Source: a virus. Taken from it: 64,000 nt of DNA. Position 1 is the first letter of the stretch. Every line of letters starts with the position of its first letter. The notes under the pieces are model-generated. The model was not told the DNA's origin and ran no database searches. It saw only the letters and a program-made list of their open reading frames with translations. The position numbers and the translations under genes are program-made. Positions 1-7,244 of the stretch are shown piece by piece. The stretch covers positions 1 through 64,000 of IMG/VR virus record IMGVR_UViG_3300047089_000307; one strand, 5' to 3'.

Positions 1-180
1 GTCCCGCGCTTCTCTCCCCGCTCAAAAATTCCATTTTTTGCGCGCGAGGAGAGGGGGAAATAATTCGAAAAAGTGGTTGAGAGCCGGAGCGTCGCAGATT
101 CAGGTAGTTTTTCCCAGCTCACAGTCAAGTTTAGATCACTTTTCCGTACTTTCTAAGAGTATTCGAAAGTTACATTAATG
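1..180. other. Possible phage genome terminus / cos-proximal non-coding region
   Basis: AT-rich non-coding start with TCTCTCCCC...GGAGAGGGGG inverted motifs; resembles left ends of cos-type actinophages (inference only). Confidence 0.3.
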
Positions 181-190
181 TAGTTCGGAT

Positions 191-436
191 TCAGGATGTG
201 CCCCGGAGGATCGCCATGGCCTCCATCGGGGACCCGGCGACCAGCATCTGCTCGTAGACGCGCTCGCCGTCAGGGCCGGAGACGTCGGGCAGCCGGTGCC
301 AGCCGGCGCCGTCGAGGGCGGGCTGGAAGTGCACGCGGCACCCGGCGTTCACCAGGCGCCAGGAGCAGAAGGCGAACACGCCCAGGCCGTCCTTGGACGC
401 GATGACGTGCCGGTGCGTGAGGTTATGCAGGAGCAT
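191..436 (-). CDS. hypothetical protein
   Basis: GC3-rich 3' part of ORF 191..673, ATG at 436. Confidence 0.4.
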   Translation of the reverse strand: MLLHNLTHRHVIASKDGLGVFAFCSWRLVNAGCRVHFQPALDGAGWHRLPDVSGPDGERVYEQMLVAGSPMEAMAILRGTS

Positions 437-563
437 CAGGGCGTGCCTTCCGGGTATCTTGCGGTCTTGGCTGACCGAGGGTAGCCTGCTGAGATGAGCG
501 AGGGGAAAACCAGGGCCGTCTTCTGCCAGTCCTGCGAGTGCGCTGAGGAGGAGCTGAGGGCCA

Positions 564-1121
564 GTGCCTGCGAGCGAGGCTAAGCAGCAGCAGTACATTT
601 CCGTGGCCGGAATGCTATCGGAGCTCGCGCAGGCCGGCGAGGCGGGAATGGCGACGGGGGAGCTGTCGCGCAAGTTCGCCTACCGCGACTCCTATGGCGG
701 TGAGCTTCAGCGCCTGCTCGCGGAGGCGAACACGCTGCTGGCCACCCAGGCGCGCATGGGCAACATCACCAGGTCCGCGACCATGGAGCCCTCCGCGTAC
801 TACCACAACACCCCGAACCGCCGGTGGTTCATCACCGTCGCGGGCCGTGAGTACCTCGCCGCGGGCGGGCGGATGGAGATCGCCCGGCGTGCCCGCGCGG
901 AAGCCAGCCGTGCCCGCGAGGAGAAGCGGCTGCGCCGGGAGCAGGCCCGTGAGGAAGGCACGGCACTGCTGGGAGCAGCTGCCGGGAGCATGATCCTGCG
1001 CGACGCGGTGATCTGCCAGCTGCGAGCGCAGGGCGACCTTACCCTTGAAGACATCGGGAGCCTGACCGGGCTGACCCGGGAGCGCGTCCGGCAGATCGCC
1101 CGGGACGGGGGAGTGACGTGA
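564..1121 (+). CDS. DNA-binding protein with C-terminal sigma70 region-4-like HTH
   Basis: LTLEDIGSLTGLTRERVRQI motif. Confidence 0.75.
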   Translation: MPASEAKQQQYISVAGMLSELAQAGEAGMATGELSRKFAYRDSYGGELQRLLAEANTLLATQARMGNITRSATMEPSAYYHNTPNRRWFITVAGREYLAAGGRMEIARRARAEASRAREEKRLRREQAREEGTALLGAAAGSMILRDAVICQLRAQGDLTLEDIGSLTGLTRERVRQIARDGGVT

Positions 1122-1202
1122 TCACCATCGCGGGGCCGCTGGCCGGCCTTCAGCTCATCATGGCCGCGGGCATGGCCGGCCTGCTGCTGGCCGTCATCAT
1201 CG

Positions 1203-1252
1203 GGGCGGTCAGCGAGTGGCGCGGAAGGGCGGTCAGCGAGTGGCGCGGAAGG
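1203..1252 (+). repeat. 24-bp tandem duplication
   Basis: GGGCGGTCAGCGAGTGGCGCGGAA x2. Confidence 0.9.
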
Positions 1253-1470
1253 CAGGGCCGGTGAGGTCGCTGCTGAGGGACGCGTGGCTCCCGCTCGCCG
1301 TGGCGCTGCTGCTGGCCGTCGCCTGGCTTGTCCTCACGTAATGGTTTGCAGTATCACGCAGTCTTCGGTACTGTTCCTTTACTAAGGCCCGGGAAGCGCC
1401 CGCGCGGGGCGTGACAGCGGCCCCTTCCCGGGCCTTCTCCCATTCCCGGTACCCGGCAAGAAGGAACGTC

Positions 1471-2226
1471 ATGACTGCACTGCACCAGGTCATCGCCATT
1501 GAGCGCGGCGTCGCGGACGACACGGACAAGCACGTCGCCGACATCAGGCGCGTGCTGGCGGTCGGCGGCGAGAACGACCCGCTGACCGGCATCTCCCGGA
1601 CGTATGAGTCCGCGCGGGAGAACGGCGATGAGCTGCCCGCGCAGGCCCGCCGGGTCCAGTTCACCGTCACGGAGCTGCTGGAGCGCGCCCAGGCGCACAT
1701 GACGCGGCTGTTCGACCTCAAGCTCACGCGCGAGTGGGGCAACTGCTCGGCCCGCGGCGACATCGTCCTGCCGGACGGTACGGTCCTGGTCCGGGACGTC
1801 CCGGCCGGTTACATGCTGTTCCTGGAGGCCCAGCTGAAGGAGCTGATCAAGCTCATCGAGCAGCTGCCGCAGCTGAACCCCGCCCTGGACTGGGACGATG
1901 AGGACCCGGCGCTGCCCGCGGGCGTGTGGAAGGCCGCGCCGAAGCGCACGGTCCGGACGATCAAGGTCCCGCAGGTCCAGGTCCTGTACGCGGCGACGGA
2001 CCACCACCCGGCGCAGGTCCGCCAGTATGACACCGACATCATCGAGGGCTACTGGACTGAGGTGAGGTTCAGCGGCCAGCTGCCCGCCCGGGAAATCCAG
2101 GCGATGCGCGCTCGCGCCACTGCGGTGCTGCACGCGGTGAAGTACGCCCGTGAGCAGGCGAACACCCTGACGGTGGACGACCGGAAGGCCGGCGAGGACA
2201 TCCTCGGGTACGTCTTCGGTGGCTGA
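1471..2226 (+). CDS. conserved actinophage hypothetical protein
   Basis: AAGGA RBS, ATG 1471, MTALHQVIAIERG N-terminus, strong codon bias. Confidence 0.8.
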   Translation: MTALHQVIAIERGVADDTDKHVADIRRVLAVGGENDPLTGISRTYESARENGDELPAQARRVQFTVTELLERAQAHMTRLFDLKLTREWGNCSARGDIVLPDGTVLVRDVPAGYMLFLEAQLKELIKLIEQLPQLNPALDWDDEDPALPAGVWKAAPKRTVRTIKVPQVQVLYAATDHHPAQVRQYDTDIIEGYWTEVRFSGQLPAREIQAMRARATAVLHAVKYAREQANTLTVDDRKAGEDILGYVFGG

Positions 2227-2228
2227 TA

Positions 2229-2603
2229 GTGCGGAATGACTGCCCGGACCGGGATCGCTGCTCCCGCCTGGGCGGGACCTGCCAGTGCGCTGACGAGGAA
2301 TCCCGGAAGGCCCGTGAGGCTTATGCCTGCCCGCAGTGCGGCCCGGACCCGCGCGGCATGCTCGCGCACGGTGAGGCGCACCATGCGGGGCCGCCGGGCA
2401 ACGACGGCGTGTACTACGAGCGGCTGCGCGAAGGCGCGGTCGCTCGCACGGTTTCAGTGCGCGATGATGCTGCCCTGGTTGACGTCGACAGTGACGGGTT
2501 CGTGCTCGGCGTGGAGGTGCTGGACGGCGGTGACTGGCGGGACGCGCTCGCGAACCTTGCCAGGGCCGGCCGGCTGGCGGTCCCCCGGAAGGGCGGTGCC
2601 TGA
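2229..2603 (+). CDS. hypothetical protein with DUF2283-like C-terminus
   Basis: VDVDSDGFVLGVEVLD motif. Confidence 0.6.
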   Translation: MRNDCPDRDRCSRLGGTCQCADEESRKAREAYACPQCGPDPRGMLAHGEAHHAGPPGNDGVYYERLREGAVARTVSVRDDAALVDVDSDGFVLGVEVLDGGDWRDALANLARAGRLAVPRKGGA

Positions 2604-2869
2604 TGGCCGGCTCTTACCAGCACATGGTGAACCGTAACGGCCGGCTGCTCGGCAACGAGTCGTTCACGGGCATGATCGAGAACCTCGGCGACGCTTACGA
2701 GGCGGCGCAGGAGTGCTACGGGATGATCTGGTACCTGGCTGACGTGATCGCGGGGGAGACGCTCGGCCGGGAGACCGCCCGCGGCGACCGGATCGCGATC
2801 ATCGAGGAGGCCCGGCAGCACTACCGGGACGGGCTGAGGCTCGGCGGGGTAAGCGGGCAGCGGTCATGA
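2603..2869 (+). CDS. hypothetical protein
   Basis: TGATG coupling, codon bias. Confidence 0.7.
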   Translation: MAGSYQHMVNRNGRLLGNESFTGMIENLGDAYEAAQECYGMIWYLADVIAGETLGRETARGDRIAIIEEARQHYRDGLRLGGVSGQRS

Positions 2870-3072
2870 GCATGACGGACGGCTTCATTGATCGTGAGTC
2901 AGAGGCCATCGCCCGGTGCACGCGCGCCATTGACGGCCTGATTGGCGGGGAGGCCAAGGGGCGCGTCCTGCGTTACCTGAACGACCGGTACGGCTGGGCA
3001 CTTCCCCTCGGGGAGCGCGGAGTCACCCACACCGCGGACTGCGAGCCGGAGAAGGGGGATGCCCTGGCATGA
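2866..3072 (+). CDS. hypothetical protein
   Basis: ATGA overlap. Confidence 0.6.
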   Translation: MSMTDGFIDRESEAIARCTRAIDGLIGGEAKGRVLRYLNDRYGWALPLGERGVTHTADCEPEKGDALA

Positions 3073-3452
3073 TGCGCGCGTGCCGGCGTGAGTGGTACTT
3101 GCGCAGGCACGCGGCCGGCCGGGTGGCCAGGGAGTCACGCCTCTTGCGGGCATTCTGCGATTACTGCACTACCCGCAGGAGGTTCGTGCTGTACCGGGAC
3201 GGCGGCGCGGACGCGCAGTCCTGCTACCGGCACGTGCTGGCCATGATGGAGGACTCGCTCGCCGGCCTGGAGGTCGTGGCGGAGGCTCCCGGGCAAATCG
3301 AGTTGCGGGACCTCCGGAAGTCTCGTACAGTATTAATTGCCTCAAGGGGATCGGGCAGGCGGCCCTTCGCACTAGGAGGGCCGCCCTCCCCCCCGGAGGC
3401 ACCAAGAGTCTCAGGCAGTCTGAAAAAGGACTTGGCACCGGCCAGGTCATGA
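3069..3452 (+). CDS. hypothetical protein
   Basis: ATGA overlap; 3' part less coding-like. Confidence 0.45.
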   Translation: MMRACRREWYLRRHAAGRVARESRLLRAFCDYCTTRRRFVLYRDGGADAQSCYRHVLAMMEDSLAGLEVVAEAPGQIELRDLRKSRTVLIASRGSGRRPFALGGPPSPPEAPRVSGSLKKDLAPARS

Positions 3453-3460
3453 GCTACGGT
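3432..3460 (+). promoter_or_regulatory. sigma70-type promoter for leader peptide / tRNA operon
   Basis: TTGGCA-N17-TACGGT, then 6 nt to ATG 3467 (leaderless). Confidence 0.6.
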
Positions 3461-3466
3461 AGGGAC

Positions 3467-3571
3467 ATGAGCACGACCCGGATCATCGCGAAGCAGGACG
3501 GCACTTACGCCGCCCCGCAGATGCGTGATGCCTGGAATCACTCCTTCCTAGCGAGGACGCGTCCCAGGTAG
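3467..3571 (+). CDS. putative leaderless leader peptide (34 aa)
   Basis: MSTTRIIAKQDGTYAAPQMRDAWNHSFLARTRPR* between promoter and terminator. Confidence 0.5.
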   Translation: MSTTRIIAKQDGTYAAPQMRDAWNHSFLARTRPR

Positions 3572-3592
3572 GGCCGGAAGTCAATGACGACT

Positions 3593-3631
3593 GAGGCCCC
3601 GGGGGACATCCCAAGGGGCCTTTCTCATTTT
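3593..3631 (+). terminator. intrinsic terminator / attenuator before tRNA operon
   Basis: GAGGCCCC...GGGGCCTT stem followed by T-rich tract. Confidence 0.65.
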
Positions 3632-3647
3632 CAACTTCATAACGCAA

Positions 3648-3720
3648 GGGCTGCTGGTGTAATGGCGTAGCACAAGAGCTTCCAAACCTCTTGGTCCGGG
3701 TTCGATCCCTGGGTGGCCTG
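3648..3720 (+). tRNA. tRNA-Trp(CCA)
   Basis: cloverleaf, loop TTCCAAA. Confidence 0.85.
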
Positions 3721-3845
3721 CTGGTTCCCACGCTGCACGACCGGGCTGGACGGAACCGTAACTTGATACCTCAACAGTGATGAGCAAATGCTCAGGGATC
3801 GCGGGAGGGCCTTGTGTCCGTTCGACCGGGTCTGCCTGGGCAGAT

Positions 3846-3919
3846 GGGACCTTAGCTCAGCCAGGGAGAGCACCTGCGTGGCACGCAGGGGGTCGCGGGT
3901 TCAATTCCCGCAGGTTCCA
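3846..3919 (+). tRNA. tRNA-Ala(GGC)
   Basis: CCTGC-GTGGCAC-GCAGG, G3:U70. Confidence 0.9.
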
Positions 3920-3923
3920 CTTC

Positions 3924-3995
3924 GGGCCGGTAGCTTAACGGTAGAGCGATTGCCTTGCAAGCAATTAGGCCAGGGTTCGAATCCCTGTTGGTCCA
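3924..3995 (+). tRNA. tRNA-Ala(TGC)
   Basis: ATTGC-CTTGCAA-GCAAT, G3:U70. Confidence 0.9.
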
Positions 3996-3996
3996 C

Positions 3997-4072
3997 GGCC
4001 GCGGTAGCGAGTTCGACTCTCGTCGCATCCACGCACGGGTGCGTACCTCAACGGATAGAGGACGGCACTTAT
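3997..4072 (+). ncRNA. circularly permuted tRNA-like module (T arm, closed acceptor stem, D arm)
   Basis: T arm 4007-4023; CGCATCC 4024-4030 pairs with GGGTGCG 4037-4043; D arm CCTC/GAGG. Confidence 0.75.
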
Positions 4073-4146
4073 CTAGGTATGGCGCAGTTTGGTAGCGCGC
4101 CGGGTTCGGGACTCGGAGGCCGCAGGTTCAAATCCTGCTATCTAGA
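4073..4146 (+). tRNA. tRNA-Pro(CGG)
   Basis: loop TTCGGGA. Confidence 0.9.
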
Positions 4147-4152
4147 CTTTTT

Positions 4153-4227
4153 CGGGTTGTAGCTTAGCTTGGTGAAAGCGCGCGGCTGGGGGCCGCGAGA
4201 GCGCAGGTTCGAATCCTGCCTGCCCGA
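4153..4227 (+). tRNA. tRNA-Pro(GGG)
   Basis: CGCGG-CTGGGGG-CCGCG. Confidence 0.9.
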
Positions 4228-4229
4228 CG

Positions 4230-4384
4230 AGGGAAGCAGGAAGGTGGGCTTAGAAGCAGCCATCCTTTAAAGAGCGCGGTCATGCTGCCTTTTGTCTGAG
4301 GGCGCCAGCGGTAAGAGCTGGCACGCTAGCGGGCGGAAGGGTAAACGGGGAATCGCCCTGGCGTAACAGCACACCTGTTTTCCT
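4230..4384 (+). ncRNA. ncRNA mimicking the 23S rRNA uL11-binding GTPase-associated centre (H43-H44), with insertion
   Basis: GGCTTAGAAGCAGCCATCCTTTAAAGA...GCGTAACAGC closed by an 11-bp helix 4230-4240/4374-4384. Confidence 0.75.
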
Positions 4385-4401
4385 GGAGCACCGGGAAGTT
4401 A

Positions 4402-4474
4402 CGGATACGAGGGAGACGGATAACCCGCCTGGTCTGGGGCCAGGAAAAACTCAGTTCGACCCTGAGGTATCCGA
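4402..4474 (+). tRNA. tRNA-Pro(TGG), C33
   Basis: CCTGG-TCTGGGG-CCAGG; acceptor CGGATAC/GTATCCG. Confidence 0.8.
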
Positions 4475-4549
4475 CTGAAGCGGTCCCCCGTCAGGGGGTT
4501 AAAAACGGGCGTGGCCGAGTGGCGCCGCTGTGAAAAGAACGCCCGCCAT

Positions 4550-4621
4550 GTGCCTTTGGCGTAAGGGGAAACGCGCCTGGTTGAAGCCCAGGGGTTCGCG
4601 GTTCGATTCCGTGGGGGTGCA
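4550..4621 (+). tRNA. tRNA-Phe(GAA)
   Basis: CCTGG-TTGAAGC-CCAGG. Confidence 0.85.
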
Positions 4622-4622
4622 C

Positions 4623-4693
4623 GGGGTAGTTGGTTAACGGTAAACCAAGAGCCTTCCAAGCTTTGACTGCGGGTTCGAATCCCGTCTGCCCTT
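4623..4693 (+). tRNA. tRNA-Gly(TCC)
   Basis: loop CTTCCAA. Confidence 0.9.
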
Positions 4694-4777
4694 CGGTAAA
4701 CGCTCGCAGTCAGGATAGGCGCGGTTCTTCGGGATTGCGTAATGGCCTGGCCCACTGGGAGCCAAGCGAGTGTTTAT

Positions 4778-4846
4778 GCCGCAGCGCACGGCCTGCGACT
4801 CCCCCTTCGTACGGGGGACGGCCCGGTTCGACCCCGGGTTGCGGCT
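4778..4846 (+). tRNA. tRNA-Thr(CGT), atypical D arm
   Basis: CCCCC-TTCGTAC-GGGGG; acceptor GCCGCAG/TTGCGGC. Confidence 0.7.
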
Positions 4847-4997
4847 CTGCTCGTAAGGTCACCACGCGACTGTCACAGGGAGCGCGGCCCTGAGGGGAAG
4901 CACGGCCGCTGCGAACCCGGGACTTGTTAAGCCATCCACATCACGGTCGTTAGCCGGCTGCCTCCGGGCGTGGCTCTTACACTGGCAAGTCCCATCT

Positions 4998-5068
4998 GCG
5001 CTGCAAGCATTGTGGTGATGCAGAGGACTCTTAATCCTCGGAGCGGGGTTCGATCCCCTGGTGGCGCA
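4998..5068 (+). tRNA. tRNA-Lys(CTT)
   Basis: GAGGA-CTCTTAA-TCCTC. Confidence 0.9.
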
Positions 5069-5069
5069 C

Positions 5070-5142
5070 GCGCGGCTAGTCCAATGGCAGAGGCGCCGGA
5101 CTCAAGATCCGGGCGATCCGGGTTCGAGTCCCGGGCTGCGCA
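5070..5142 (+). tRNA. tRNA-Leu(CAA), short variable arm
   Basis: CCGGA-CTCAAGA-TCCGG. Confidence 0.9.
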
Positions 5143-5146
5143 CCGT

Positions 5147-5217
5147 TTCCCTCTCGTTCAATGGCAGGACGCCTGACTCTGAATCAGGCAATTGAGGTTC
5201 GAGTCCTCGGAGGGAAG
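5147..5217 (+). tRNA. tRNA-Gln(CTG)
   Basis: CCTGA-CTCTGAA-TCAGG. Confidence 0.9.
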
Positions 5218-5222
5218 CTCAT

Positions 5223-5299
5223 GTCCGGGTAGGCAACTGGCAGACCACTCGCCTTGAGGTGGCGTGATGCTGTGGGTTCGAATCCCATCCTGGATACCA
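5223..5299 (+). tRNA. tRNA-Leu(GAG), short variable arm
   Basis: loop TTGAGGT, encoded CCA. Confidence 0.85.
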
Positions 5300-5300
5300 A

Positions 5301-5371
5301 TGCCCTCTCGTTTAACGGCAGGACGCCGGGCTTTGGCCCCGGTAGTCGAGGTTCGAATCCCCGGGGGGCAG
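5301..5371 (+). tRNA. tRNA-Gln(TTG)
   Basis: CCGGG-CTTTGGC-CCCGG. Confidence 0.9.
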
Positions 5372-5375
5372 CAGT

Positions 5376-5449
5376 GCCGCTTTAGCTCAGATGGCTAGAG
5401 CAGCCGCCTTGTAAGCGGCAGGTCGCCGGTTCGAGGCCGGCAAGCGGCT
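5376..5449 (+). tRNA. tRNA-Thr(TGT)
   Basis: loop CTTGTAA. Confidence 0.9.
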
Positions 5450-5453
5450 CCGC

Positions 5454-5526
5454 GCCTGACTAGCTCTAGCGGTAGAGCGTCGCCATGGTAAGGCGAAGGT
5501 CATCGGTTCGAATCCGATGTCAGGCT
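5454..5526 (+). tRNA. tRNA-Thr(GGT)
   Basis: TCGCC-ATGGTAA-GGCGA. Confidence 0.9.
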
Positions 5527-5530
5527 CTTT

Positions 5531-5605
5531 GCAGACGTGGCGCAACGGTAGCGTATTACCTTGCCAAGGTAATGGTTGCGGGTTCGAGTCCCGTCGTCTG
5601 CTCCA
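5531..5605 (+). tRNA. tRNA-Gly(GCC)
   Basis: loop TTGCCAA, encoded CCA. Confidence 0.9.
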
Positions 5606-5606
5606 C

Positions 5607-5691
5607 GCGCGGGTGGTTGGAATTGGCAGACACGCACGGCTCAGACCCGTGTGGCCGCAAGGTCGTGAGGGTTCGAGTCCCTCTTCGCGCA
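5607..5691 (+). tRNA. tRNA-Leu(CAG)
   Basis: loop CTCAGAC, long variable arm. Confidence 0.9.
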
Positions 5692-5747
5692 CTAGGTGAC
5701 CCGGTAAACGTGGCGCTGCCGCGGCAACCGCAATCCGGGCACTCCCT

Positions 5748-5833
5748 GGAAGGCTCGCATAGCTGGCTTATTGCGCTGCCCTGCTAAGGCAGTTCGGATA
5801 ATACCGACGCGGGTTCGAATCCCGCGCCTTCCT
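5748..5833 (+). tRNA. tRNA-Ser(GCT)
   Basis: loop CTGCTAA, long variable arm. Confidence 0.9.
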
Positions 5834-5891
5834 CTGGATTCGCGTGAGGTACCGAAATGGCGCAAGCCTGTGAAGCGTGAGTCCTTCAAAT

Positions 5892-5975
5892 GGAAGATGA
5901 ACCTGGCAGGAGTCAGGGACCGGCCGGAAACCGGTTCGGCGCGCGAGCGCTGGGATTCGAGTTCTCCGTCTTCCG
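5892..5975 (+). tRNA. tRNA-Ser(GGA), C33
   Basis: ACCGG-CCGGAAA-CCGGT, long variable arm. Confidence 0.8.
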
Positions 5976-6113
5976 CGGAGGTAGGCCGGGAAACCCTGAC
6001 AGCGGGGAGGTTGCCTGCCTGCTGCCTTGAACTCCTGGGGAGCGCGACGTACGGCTAACCCCGAATCCCGCCAGGGCACAGGACAAGGGCAACATTTCCT
6101 GTGCCCGATCCCC

Positions 6114-6195
6114 GGAAGGTACGCAGCCGGCGCTGCAACTCGCCTCGAAAGCGAGGGCGGGGTAACACCTGGGGGCTCGACACCTCTACCTTCCT
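6114..6195 (+). tRNA. tRNA-Ser(CGA)
   Basis: CTCGC-CTCGAAA-GCGAG. Confidence 0.8.
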
Positions 6196-6200
6196 CTTAC

Positions 6201-6273
6201 GGGCTCCTCGTCTAATCGGTGAGGACGCGTGTCTGATAAGCACGTAATCGGGGTTCAATTCCCTGGGGGCCTA
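6201..6273 (+). tRNA. tRNA-Ile(GAT)
   Basis: loop CTGATAA. Confidence 0.9.
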
Positions 6274-6274
6274 C

Positions 6275-6346
6275 TGGAGCGTCGTTCAATGGTAAGGACG
6301 CGCCTCTTATACGGACGTGACTCGGGTTCGATTCCCGGCGCTCCTA
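6275..6346 (+). tRNA. tRNA-Ile(TAT)
   Basis: loop CTTATAC; U1-U72 mismatch. Confidence 0.75.
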
Positions 6347-6347
6347 C

Positions 6348-6420
6348 TGGGATATAGCTTAGACGGAAGAGCGGCGGATTCATAACCCGTCAGGCCCGGG
6401 TTCGATCCCCGGTATCCCGA
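6348..6420 (+). tRNA. tRNA-Met/Ile2(CAT)
   Basis: loop TTCATAA. Confidence 0.85.
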
Positions 6421-6424
6421 CTAT

Positions 6425-6495
6425 GCCTCTTTAGCATAAGGCAGTGCAGCGGGCCTTTACCCCGCGTTGTCAGGGTTCAAGTCCCTGGGGAGGTA
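6425..6495 (+). tRNA. tRNA-Lys(TTT), C33
   Basis: GCGGG-CCTTTAC-CCCGC. Confidence 0.8.
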
Positions 6496-6496
6496 C

Positions 6497-6570
6497 TGCG
6501 CGCAGGTGTACCGGATGGTCACGCCGGCCTTCTAAGCCGAGAGGACGGGGTTCGACTCCCCGGCGCGCGA
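6497..6570 (+). tRNA. tRNA-Arg(TCT)
   Basis: loop CTTCTAA. Confidence 0.85.
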
Positions 6571-6575
6571 CTCAT

Positions 6576-6648
6576 GCTCGTGTGGACAAGCGGTGAAGTC
6601 ACCTGCCTCTCAAGCAGGAGATCCCGGGTTCAAATCCCGGTACGAGCA
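6576..6648 (+). tRNA. tRNA-Glu(CTC)
   Basis: CCTGC-CTCTCAA-GCAGG. Confidence 0.9.
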
Positions 6649-6652
6649 CGTT

Positions 6653-6745
6653 TCCAGGGAAGCGCACAGTCCGGACTGTGCTAGCGGTTCTGGCCGATCA
6701 GGAACGTATGCCGGGCGGTTCGATTCCGTCGCCGCGTTCCCTGGA
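6653..6745 (+). ncRNA. tRNA-like RNA with long closing stem and T arm but no canonical anticodon arm
   Basis: TCCAGGGAA/TTCCCTGGA closure, two hairpins, GGCGG-TTCGATT-CCGTC. Confidence 0.55.
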
Positions 6746-6752
6746 TTCATGA

Positions 6753-6823
6753 CGTCCTGTCGATCATGGGTAGGTCCCGGTCCTTTCAAGGCCGAGAACA
6801 GGGTTCGAGTCCCTGTAGGACGA
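6753..6823 (+). tRNA. tRNA-Glu(TTC)
   Basis: loop CTTTCAA. Confidence 0.85.
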
Positions 6824-6824
6824 C

Positions 6825-6902
6825 CGCGGAGTAGGGGAGCTCGGTGTCCCCGCTGGGCTCATAACCCAGAGATCGCGGGTTCAAATCCCGCCTCCGCTAC
6901 CA
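6825..6902 (+). tRNA. initiator tRNA-fMet(CAT)
   Basis: C1 mismatch, GGG/CCC anticodon stem, encoded CCA. Confidence 0.9.
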
Positions 6903-6903
6903 A

Positions 6904-6974
6904 TCTCCTATCGTTTAATGGGAGGACGAGCGGCCGTTAACCGCTTAATTCTGGTTCGAGTCCAGGTGGGAGAG
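6904..6974 (+). tRNA. tRNA-Asn(GTT), C33
   Basis: AGCGG-CCGTTAA-CCGCT. Confidence 0.85.
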
Positions 6975-7047
6975 CGGAAGCAGGAAGGGAGTACGCCTTC
7001 GCCAGGGAAGGTCTGGCACGAGAGAAGAGCCGTCCTGCTTCACCAAT

Positions 7048-7122
7048 GGGGCTATAACTCAGCCTGGTTAGAGTGCCACCTTGTCACGGTGGAAGCCGCC
7101 GGTTCAAATCCGGTTAGTCCCG
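7048..7122 (+). tRNA. tRNA-Asp(GTC)
   Basis: loop TTGTCAC. Confidence 0.9.
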
Positions 7123-7123
7123 C

Positions 7124-7198
7124 GCAGCCATGGTGAAATGGATATCATGACAGGCTACGAACCTGTCGGTCTGGGTTCGACTCCCGGTGGCTGTACCA
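7124..7198 (+). tRNA. tRNA-Arg(ACG)
   Basis: loop CTACGAA, encoded CCA. Confidence 0.9.
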
Positions 7199-7244
7199 GC
7201 GCTAACTCCGGATGGCGCTATAGAAAACGTTCCGGGGCGAGCAA

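Noticed and set aside
4230-4384. Interpretation as an rRNA gene or host contamination
   Set aside because: Similarity is limited to two short blocks split by an insertion, with its own closing helix, and it is embedded between phage tRNAs
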